This document shows positions 53,169-64,000 of a stretch of 64,000 nt of DNA, one piece after another. Origin of the DNA: Balamuthia mandrillaris (taxonomy: Eukaryota). How positions within the stretch are numbered: the stretch's first letter is position 1; each line of letters starts with the position of its first letter. The notes under the pieces were generated by a model. That model saw nothing but the letters and a program-made list of their open reading frames with translations. It was not told where the DNA came from and made no database searches. Both the position numbers and the translations under genes were made by a program. The stretch is from the NCBI GenBank assembly GCA_031835245.2, contig JAVKOQ020000001.1, forward strand, positions 186,001 through 250,000, read 5' to 3'.

Positions 53169-54482
53169 AAAAACCGAAGAGCGATAGCATAATAAAAGGT
53201 GAAATATACCATTTGTAGCTAACGTCAAAAGCAATTCAGCAGCTGCTTTTGTAACGTCTTCATCTTCACATTTCGACATAACGGACAATGCAATATCAAA
53301 TCCTCCTTCCAATAAAAATGTTTCTGCATTTTGTACTGTTACAGCCGAAAAAATAAAGAAAACACCATTAAACGTTGCACAAACCACCATAAAAAATCAA
53401 GGTTACCAAGGTTACCATTCTCAAGTAAAGTACTTAAAGCACTCAAAGCCTCATCCAGAACAGCATCGTCTTCAGACTCCTTGAGAAGAAAAATGAGGGA
53501 AGGCAAGCAGCCTGCTTTCACCATTTCCTCATGTACCTCCTCTGCAACCAAAGTAGAAAAGTTATCCCAAAAGATTAGGACAAACGCAATTTTGCTTAAC
53601 ACCTACCATTGTCACCAACGTTAGTGATAACCCGGCAGGCCATACAAAGCGTTTGGGGGTTCTCTTCATCCTTCAACAGTTTGACCAGAGGAGGCAGAGC
53701 TCCTTCTTGCACAACCAGTCTTTTGTGTTGCTCTGCATGAAAAAATATCAGAGGGGGAGACAGAGCTCTGACGAGAATGAGAGAGAGAGAAGCTACCTTT
53801 TCGTGAAGCTAAATTAGCCAGCGCACCACAACTGTTTCGCTTGACTTCAACCACAGGAACGGAAAGGAATGAAACTAAGGAGTGCACTGCCCCCAACTCC
53901 ACAATTCTGTTAATATGCTCCTCTGACAAAGTCCTAATCAGCCATTTGGAGGGATTGCTCCAAGAGAGCAAAGAGACCAGAACGAGTAGCGCTGAAGAGG
54001 GAAAAAGGTAAAAGGGAAGAACAGAAAGCAAACCGTGCTCATAAGAAAGATTGCCCAACGCTCTGGCAGCCCATTTGATCAGTTCCAGGTCGTCAGCTTT
54101 GTTCTTTACAAAGTATACCATACGCTCAAGGACGCTCTCCCCCATCTTATTGCGGTTGTTCTCTGCAATTGCCAATGAGTGGCGCCAGGGGAAATGAGAA
54201 AGTGAAAGATAGTACCAACACGGGCGAGATCTCCAACCAATTCAACAAGATTATGGAGGGTGATGGGCTCCAGATCTTCTCGCATCAACCAAGCGGAGAG
54301 TTGTAGGACGAACTCGTGCGTGATCTCTTGCTGTTTGCTGGTTTCTGGCAGAGGGTCAGCTGAAAATTACAAGGAAACAACACCAAGAGCGTTGAAGAGA
54401 AGGGAACGATAGAGGGCGTGGGCGATGCAATACCATCCGAGAACAAAGAAGCGAGTTCTACGGGTAATTTTTCGGTGGACAT
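51411..54482 (-). CDS. Armadillo-repeat protein (spliced)
   Basis: Repeated WAARALGNLS, SCGALANLA, AAMTVGNLAR and GGLAPLI motifs. Confidence 0.88.
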
Positions 54483-55195
54483 GAGTTTTGCTGCTGCGTG
54501 ACGTGCGGCGCAAAGGCTCTTACTTTTTAGCACTTTTTGTTTTTTTTTTTGTTTTTTTTTGGTGTTTTTTTTTTCGCGTGAGCGAGGGGGGATTTGTTTT
54601 TCGCGGGTGGTGGGGTGGTGGTCCTTGTCGACACTAATTTTTCCCGCGAAAAGTAGCAGGGAAGCGCAAGGACTTTTTTTGCTGCCCTCTGTGCCCTTGC
54701 CATTTCTTTTCAGTCAAGTAAAGAAAGAGGGAAAAAAAACCGCTCAACCTTTTTCCATCCCCGCACCGGTGTTGAGCTTTGTGCAGCTGTACGACGGGTT
54801 CAAGAAATGGAAAAAAGAAAACCAGTTGTTGAAAAAAAAAGTGTTACTACTGATGATGATGATGACAAGCAACCAAAGTTTATCCCTTCCCTTTCCCTTC
54901 CCTTCCTCCTCAACCTCTCTGCCTTTGCATTTACAGCATTTGTGAATAGTACAATAACAATAACCGACTTACCACATAGAGTGCAATCATTCCCTAGCTC
55001 ATCACCAACCTTTACTCTCAAGCCTTGTTGTCACCGTGCAGACTTATAACTGTTTTGTTTTCATGCACCTAAATTTAGCTGTGTGGAACGTTGTCCTTAA
55101 CAACTTCCTCTCCTAAAACAATACCTAAGGATGCTTTTACCTTAGAAGGTTATCCTTTACTTTATTTCTTTTGCTAGTTTTGTTTGCAAACAACA

Positions 55196-58100
55196 ATGAC
55201 CACAGGGCCGCTAGTGCAGCTTTTATGTGTTTCTTTGCTATGTAAGTTTTTTTGTGTTATTGTTTCATAATATCTTCTTAAAAAAAGTGCCTTGTGCCAG
55301 TTAATGCATTTGTGCTTGCATCAAATGACTATATCACATCATGTGAAATAAAGGTGCCTTTTTTCTGTTGCTGGCTGTTTTCTCTTTTTAATGGATAATA
55401 ATCAAATGATCTTTTAGGACTATTTTGAAGCAAATACCACAACTCTTGGGGGCTCCGCTTTTGAGATGAGCACGGCCAACCTTTTTTTTGAATCTGAGTT
55501 GCAATTGTTAAAACCCGATAATTTTTGTCCTTATGTGAACTGTTCAGACCTCAATGTTGCTCCTAGTTGTATGTGCCCTGATAACTGTGACTCAGTAACT
55601 GAGTGTGAAGACCTTGATTGGGAAACGTTATTTGTGGATGATGTCCAAGGAAAGAAGGTGTATCATGTAACACCAGATCTTAAACTTTCTTTTAAGTTTT
55701 TCTTTAATATCACAAGTACTTGTCAAGGAATTGTTGTTCGCCTAAAAGCATTGAGTGGGTTCCCTCGTCTAACTGTTGATGAATCTAGATTTCTCAATAG
55801 TGAACACTCACGAACCTATGAAAACTATTTTACAAATGAAGTTTACATATGTCCTTCAACACATAACACAGGTTGGAAGTTTATTCAAGTTTCAGCACAA
55901 AAGTATGCTCCTGCTGTGTTTAAATTATCACTTCATTCATTAGGTAGGTTGATTTTACTCTCATTTTGTAGAACTTGAAATGTTATTTTTGTGTTGCACT
56001 TTTCTGTCATTTATGATTACAAAACAAATACACTAACTCAAGTGTGAATCAAGCCCATCTCTCTCCAGTTGACACATCACATCACTCAATGGTGACAACA
56101 GGTGTTTCTGAAAGAGGTTTAATTGATAATAATCATATTAACTGCAATGATTCAGTAGTTTTGAATACATTAAAAGATGAGATTACAACTTTCTTTGCAA
56201 TTACAACAATGGAACCAGGAGTGATGCATACTCTCAACTTTCAAAATGATGAAATCCATCGATTCTTATTTACCATTCCAGAAGATATTGCCTGTCCCAC
56301 AATTTTTTCAATACGTGCAGAGGCAAGCAAAGGCAATATAGCATTATGGTTAACACGAGATATATCAAACTTTATCAATACTACATATTGTCCATACCTA
56401 GAACAAACTGACCCAGGTTTTCGTAAACCATGGACTACTTTTTTTCCTTTTAGACCTTATCGTTCACCTGGTAAACCTGAATGGGAAGCTAACAATAATT
56501 TTATTGTCTATGCTGAATCTTATCAAGAAATGGCAGCAGCATTTTGTGCCCATAATGATGGTCTAGGAAATAACATTTATGGAGCAATATGGGCTGAAAA
56601 GCATGAAGAAGAACAAGTTAGTGTTATTATGGATTATAATTCTGGTACATAATTTTTTGAAATATGTTAAATGCCATTCTAATATATCTTTAGAACGAGT
56701 TAAAGTTGTTCCAATGAATAGTATTACACCTTTTGCAGACACTGACTTGTTAATTGGTACAAATTTATAGTAATTACTAGTTACATTATTAACATTGTTT
56801 TTAATAGGTTCATCTGAATTGCGATGTTCTGATTCACACAACACTGATTATAATTTTCATTGTTTTCATTATAATGATGCTAGACAAAATCCATCAGATA
56901 CTAATTGTTTATCTTGGAATCCTCGCTTTCCAAATAAAAACAACATTTATCTTGCTTGGCCTATGCCAGCTGAAGTTCTTCGACGAAGCTCTAGTTCACC
57001 TGATAGGCTCCTTTCACGCCAATGGATAGGTTCACATGAAGTAGAAAATAATCTTTATTCAGCAATATGGTTGCAAAAATTTGCATTACCATTTTCACAT
57101 TTCACTTATGAAAACTATGCAGCATCACGGTATTTTAATTATACACAATGCTCAGTTCACTTTCAAGTAGGAGGATTTTCTAAAATGCTTACATCTAAAA
57201 ATGAGGTATGTAGAAAAATAGATTTGTTAAAATGGAAAATTACATTCAACTAATAATATGTATATTAGATAATTGTTCAACCATTTAGTTTAGCATCTTG
57301 TTCTACTCCAATAACAAATTGTGATTCTGAACACTTAAGTCAAGTAACTACAGAGATGAAATCACTAATAAATGCAATTGAAAATTCAGATTTGTCAATA
57401 ATAACAAATTCACAAGATTATGTATTTTTGGATATGTATAATTTTATTCAAGACTTAACTTTAAAGGTTTGTATTTGCCTATTTTTCAATTATTGTATTA
57501 ACTTTCTTTTATAGGTAGAAATGTTATCTTATTCAACTATATGGCAACAATGTGAACAATATATGGAAAACTTTTTTTCTTATTCAACAAATATTACAAT
57601 ACTTCCTGAGGAAGTTTATTGTTCATTACAATGGATAACTACTATATTTTCCCCAGATCCAAGAGTTGATGAAGTCTTAGATCTTGGAATTACATTTAAT
57701 GATGAGCTTTCTTTAGTCAACTTTATAAGTAATTTTAGTATGGACTTAAGTGGTGAACCATGTTGTTCTTTACGTAAAACTTGGACATCTTATTGTAACT
57801 CACAAGTAATTTACCAGCGTGAAGTATATGAAAAAATAGGTTACTTTGATAACTTAGTGGCTGAAAATTGTTATAAAAAAGTAAGTCATATGTTTTTTTA
57901 ATTTTTTCTATTTAATAATCCATTTTATGATATAGGATTGTACATCCTTTTGGCTGAACACTTATAAAGAAAGAAGTGAAGACAGGATTAATTCAAATAG
58001 TGGTTGTCTTTTCTTCAATAACACTCAAAATGTACGTAAAAGCATTGGAATTTATACATAAACAATTAACTTTCAATTCTAGACTCTGGACTTTTATTAT

Positions 58101-61100
58101 CAAGTAATTGAATCATGGAGAAATTGTGAAAACTTAATTTTTGGCAAGTTATATAAGGGTCATAAATGTATAAATGATGCAGATTGTAAACACTTTTGTG
58201 TTAACAATAGCACTTGTAACTCAAAATGCAATATTGCCACTTTTCAATGTGAAATTTTAACAGAAAATGCAATAGAACAATGGATACAATGCTTTATGTC
58301 AACAACTCCTGCATTTGTACAAGGGTTTATTGGTCAATCTCTTAACATAACAGAAATAACTTTAGAAAACCTTATGGATAAAATTTTAAACTCAGCACAC
58401 TTTATTCAACAAACATGTTATTCTTATTTATTTGACTTTGATCAATCTGATTCATTATTTTCCTTGGGTTCTTATTATCCTTTCTCATCCAATTCAGAAG
58501 ATTGTGTTGATGATTGCAATTTTTCTACAATAAGATGTACAAGTACTTTTTGTGAAATTCCCTTAGAATGTTCAGTACCAAATGAAGAAGATAATGTACA
58601 AGGATTTCCATCTTTGTGTGAAAGAAGTTGGAATTCAAAAGTAATTCAAACGAATGAATCCTGTAATTCATCAACAGTTAAACCTTTTTGTAATTGGAAC
58701 TCTGCTTTAACAACAGAAGTTGAATGTTTACAAGATTGTGATCAAGGAGATTGTACCTTTTGTGGTTATTGTTTATCCAATTCTTCGAAATGTTTAGTAT
58801 ATCCAGATGAATGGTGTGCAAGCCAAGATTCATATTTATTTAATTTTTGCCTTAATCCATTTGATTATAGTTTAGTGTCTTCCACTGAAAAAACTAATTG
58901 TGAAGCATTAAAACTTTATTCAGATAATATTGATGAATTATTTTTTTCTGAAGATGGAATTACTAAACAAGGACTATGTATGTTTGACCCACCTCACTAT
59001 TCAAGGTTTTCTTGTGAACAATGGAATTGGTTGTTATATAGTAGTTTTAGATGCCATAAATGTAAGGATTGGATGCAATACTATGAAGATAGTGCACCAA
59101 GTACATTGTTAGCCATTTGTAATGTTAATATAGAACCAGAGAAAGAAGTATGCTTGAATAACTGGCTTTTGGAACAAAGACCAGTAGACACTACTAATCA
59201 AAGAGAATTTGATTCATTTATATTTAAAAACCAGTCTACTTTTCATGTTGAAGAAAGAGACTTTGCAAATTATGCTGAATGGGAAAACTCTTTTCTTTCA
59301 AATATCTCAACACCTTTTGTCTTTGTGAAGACTCCCTTGGGGTGTATCGTCACGCACCGAGATAAATCTGTTTCAGAAGACTTATGCATGTTAGTACGGC
59401 GGGGTATAACCAACACAAAACTCGATTCATATGCAGATGTGCAAATAGAACGATATTTTAATAGTCTTTCTACATTTATACCAAATCCCGGTGTTGCCTA
59501 TCAAATAGCAGTTAATGCTGCAGTACATGAAATCAACACAATGGTGTTAAACACCACATGGGCAATAAACCCTGGCGTATATTGGGCCTCAAAGTCGCTC
59601 ATTGACCAGCAAAGTGTGTTAAGGGTTTGTGAATCAAAGACACAGTCCTATACACTGTTTGAGTGGCCAAACATTTATTCAGCAAACATTCGTGTAACCG
59701 TTCCAATTATACCAAACCAGAGTGAACTAGTTCGCTTTGGAATGTACGCCTCAGACTGTGAAAGCATTAAAAAATGGCCAGAGGTTCGGCAGGGATTATG
59801 GTTTGACGATGCCAGGCCTACTCCGCGAAGGGAATTGAAACGATGGGTTAATCCTTTTACATATGGAGATCTCTTTGACTTTGCCAAGTTCGCACAAACA
59901 GTTAAGGAGTCTATAGCAGAATACCAAAGTTTGGTTTCGTCATCACGCTTGATGTGCGAATTCAACCCCTTAATCCGATCTATGGAACGTGTATCATGCC
60001 TTTGTAACACAAATGATAAGGACTCCTGCTTCCAGCAAGATGACGGCAGTTTGCCCTTCTTTGTGGACCGACTGTGTCCCAAAGATATCAAGGGCCACTT
60101 CAACTCTTTTTTTGATATTAATTTGGAAGCACCAGACAACTTTGAATGTATAGCAACCACTGGGTTCTATTACTATGAAAACCAAATCATGAATTCAGAC
60201 CCACCGCTGGCCACTTTCTTTAATTTGGTAAAAGAACCACATTCCCTTGAAGTGGTCAAAAACAGCAAAGGCACGTTAGTGGGAGAGGTCTTGGGAACTG
60301 GCTTCAGGTTAAATGTGCAAAACAGTCTTGCAACTGAATTGCAGCTTAAGAGTCTTTGCTTTAGCAGATTTGCAAGATCTCCCGTTAACTCAGAGTATAC
60401 TATCTTTGATATAGGATGGTTAAGTGGAGACACAGTGGTTCCTTTTGGATTGCAACACAATATTTCTTTTGATGCCAATGGTTTGTGCATCAAAGACCAT
60501 ATCATAAGAATTGAAGCTGGTGCCTTTGATTCCAACCACATTTACTTTCCAATATTACGTTTAGAAAACTACGAAGATAAGAGTGATGAACTGTCTTCAT
60601 TGGAATTAAGCATGTTTGTTATTACATCCATTGCCTTCTTTCTTGTGTTCAGCTACGCCATTTTTCTGGAATTATCCCAATTGTTCACCAGAGCCGCCAG
60701 CATTGTTGCAGTTATTGCAGTTTCACTTCTTGTGGTTATGGCGTTAGGTATGACTAAACCCTTTTCGAAGATTTTTCCTTTGTGCTAACTTGACAACAAA
60801 GCTCGCGGATTGTATTTTGCTCTTTTGGCTGGTGAAGTGATCACTGAAGCAGATATTCAAGACTATTTTCTTGTGACACTTCCGTTACTGTTATTCCTGT
60901 TTGGTTTTTCGTTAGTGGCTGCAATGTTGATGTAAGTATATTCTCAACAAGTGATAAGTTGATTCACAAATATTAACACTGTTGGAAATTGCAGTACTGT
61001 GTTTGTCTCTTCTATTGTGCGGGACGCCTGGCCCAACAAACTCATATATGCTTTGTGGTTTACATTCTGCTTAGTATTGTTGTTAGTCTTTTGTGTGACT

Positions 61101-61742
61101 ATCATTCTGTTTGAAACGTTGACGGAGGAGGAAAGTCGCAGTTGTGGAGGCATTGGGGAAGATTCTTCTGATGATGATGCACAGCAAGCTGTACAACTCG
61201 CCTTTTACATATTGTTATTCATCGTTGCTATCGTGATAGCATTAAGTTTTGGAATTTTTGGAGGGAAGATCTACGTTAAAGTGACGGTATTGAAACGAAA
61301 GACCAAGCGAAAGGGCCAAAATAAGGCACATAAACTCTTCATTGTGACGGCACTTGGTGTGGTTGTGTTCTTTGCTCAATCCTTATTGTTCTTGTACCTC
61401 GCAATTGATGGAGACTCTATTGAATCCGACCAGAAGAGCCTTTTTTGCATTATACTATGGTTTATTGAGGTGCTTCCAATAGGAATTATGGCTCAACTAT
61501 TGTTACCTCTGCCGTTTAAGAGAACTCTTCTAGGTTCTGCTTCTACTAAAGATACCAGCTCTGGTCCAACAACTTCCTCTCTCAAGAGTACATCACGTTC
61601 TTCAAGAAATTCATCATCCACGACTTCATTAATGGCTTCTTCAACCACTCAATCCTCATCTTTGTCTCTCAGCCATAGTTCAAGTTTATCAGCAGATGAA
61701 TCTTCAAGCTTATCTTCAAGTTATTCTTCTAGCTTTGAATAA
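55196..61742 (+). CDS. Very large Cys-rich extracellular, multi-pass membrane protein (spliced)
   Basis: Signal-like first exon, long Cys-rich ectodomain with many N-x-S/T sites, about 7 hydrophobic segments from ~60600, Ser-rich tail. Confidence 0.8.
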
Positions 61743-62379
61743 ATAAGTTTCTCAGGAGAACACGGGAAGGTTTAAATGGCCTTAGATTCATTATGTAAAC
61801 ATTCGGGGTGATGTAGTTGCTGATTGTTTCTGCCTACAAGGTTTCTCTGTGAAAAGGAGGCAGCTTTTGTCTCTCAACGGTGAGGAGGTGAAGGTTTGTT
61901 GAGAGAAGCCCCGTTATGTTTGTGGTGACCCAGGCCGTTGCAGGTGCCGTTGTTGGAGGAGTATCGAGGAAAATATTGAGGGGGCCAACACGTTTGAACC
62001 AAGCGCGGATGAATTCTCCACCACCGTCACAACGAAGTCGCGATGCCTTGAACAAGGGAAGGAAGGCGGAGAGAAAAGTCCTAAATGCAAGCACTTTTTA
62101 TTCTAGATTCAGTGACTGAAGTTTATGATTGGGGTGGGTGGAGTTCTTGCGGTTGACGGTGATAAACTCTTTTTGCAGTTGTGGTGGTCTCTTTTTTTAT
62201 TTATTTTTTTTGAAGAGCATAGCCACCCAATAAGATGTGGTGATGCTATCTATTTCAGTGGTGATTTAATTCTTTGGGAAAGAACCAACGACCATCGTCT
62301 TCTGGGGAAGGTTAGGGTTCCAGAACCACAAAAGGGGTTTGATTTCTTCTTGGCGTTTGCCTTCTTGAATTGGATGGTC

Positions 62380-63405
62380 TGATTAGCACGCTATTCCAAC
62401 TCTCCAATGGGCTCCTCGATGCATTGCTGCCCCTCCTTGACAGTGAGTGATGCTGCTCCTACTTGACGAGCCGCCGGCCCTCCATGACCTGGTGTTGCCC
62501 TTCTCCCTGCGGCTTCTCAACGACGAGATGCTGCCCCTCCTCCTCGATGGGACATTGGGCATCCGCAATGCTCAAAAAAGAAGCAAAGAAAAGGCAAGAG
62601 CGAGGAAGAGAAGAAAGGAACTGCCAGAAAAAGAGCGGTACCGTAAAGCTGGTGGACATTTGGCCTTAGATGGTGGCGATGTCGTTCTTTTGGGACCAGG
62701 CAAGCTCCACTGCTTTAGCAAGAGCCTTTGTCTCAAACAGCAATTGATACAAAGAAACCAGAAGCAAAAAGAAAAAAGAAAAAGAGCAACGAAAGAACTA
62801 GAAATAAGTGCACAAAAAGAAAAGCGTTAAAGAAAAACGTTGAAGAAAGCTGTTGATAGATTCTTTCGGTACGTCACTCCAATGCGATTCCGGCAGAACG
62901 TTCCTCAGGACCGTCTGTTCTCTTTCCCTCATATTTAACACGTTCTCAACTGCTGTAAGTCTGCCACGATGCTAGCTTTGCACATCATCAGTCAGAAGCA
63001 TGGATCTACGTAGTATCATACAGTTTTCGCAACAATATACCACGATTTTTTTCTCTTCGGATTAAGGAGCGCTTGTGCCTGTGTGAATGAAAAAAAAGAA
63101 AAGCGCGGGAGAAGAAGCGTGGAAAGTGAGCATGGAAGGTGGTGCCGACGTTGATGGTAACAGTGGTGGCGATTGGTGGTCATTTTCCTCTTTGTCTAAG
63201 ATTTGCCACAGCCATTCCTCTTGAGTCCAGGGAACTTCCCAACCCCCTTGCTTTCATCTGTGTTTTCACAATATATATGCGATAAACAAACTAACGCAAG
63301 TGAAGAGAAGAGTACCCGTATTTTAATGGCGAGGCAGAAGAGGGTGGATTGGCCATCGAACTCGGCGAGCTTCAGGGGAGTATCTGCCCCCAACTAAAAG
63401 CCCAA

Positions 63406-63445
<40 letters not shown>

Positions 63446-63830
63446 AAGAACAAATGAGAGAATCAAGCAGGCGATGGGGGCACAACCTCTCCCTTTCCTC
63501 TCTTTTGTTTTTTTTTTTTCAACAAAGACAAAAAAAAGCGCCGCCAAAAGACAAAAAAGGACCCCTTCGAATCTCCGCCATGGCGAACCTCCCGCCAGAG
63601 GAGGAGCAAATCGATCGCCAAGGGAGAAGCAAAGGGGGACGCGTAACCAACTCGGTCAAACTCGCTGCGCAGCACAGAGAGAAGAGAAGGAGCCTTCCAT
63701 TCTCTCCTCAGCGGGAAGAGGGGAAGGACAAAAAATGGCAGGAGCGGGAGCCCCCTTCCCCTCCGACACGACGCTGCTCACCCGGTGCTCGAGGCAGGGC
63801 TGCGCCGACCGTGACGAGGAGGAGGTGACC
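62380..63830 (-). CDS. Possible small spliced hypothetical gene
   Basis: GC-rich exon-like blocks alternate with pyrimidine-rich GT..AG intron-like blocks on the minus strand. No recognisable domain. Confidence 0.3.
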
Positions 63831-64000
63831 ATGGACGAACGGCCCAACAGGCTGGTCTTTGCTGTGACGGGCGTGTTGGGCCAGTTCGAGGTGCTTGGGC
63901 CGACCAACAAACACGACCGACGGCTCTTTCGGCAGGGGCAACGAGAGGCCACCGCGCGCGTCTCGGCCTTTCCTTGCGTGGAGGACGACGAGCAGGCACA

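Overview
Intron-rich, microsatellite-rich eukaryotic DNA. The gene set (Akt/PKB, Zn2Cys6-PAS, RWP-RK, SMYD, RNase T2) suggests a protist, probably an amoebozoan (inference). Positions ~12.2-64 kb hold about 19 spliced, mostly ordinary host genes. Positions 1-12.2 kb are a nest of mobile DNA. A ~2.35-kb TIR-bounded element with an intact Fanzor2/TnpB-type RNA-guided nuclease (581 aa, extra N-terminal C2H2 finger, no transposase) sits co-oriented at the ORF1 start of a full-length but decayed LINE (2459-10627; RRM ORF1; APE-RT-RNaseH-CCHC ORF2; polyA; 11-bp TSD). That LINE interrupts one arm of a ~45-bp inverted repeat bounding a third element. If the omega-RNA guide comes from the 3' flank, as in TnpB/Fanzor systems, it would match Fanzor-free copies of the LINE, making this a candidate homing or hitch-hiking system inside a retrotransposon family. 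Short relics of the same TIR lie around RPS24 and the kinesin gene. Spliced-gene coordinates are outer spans read by eye.
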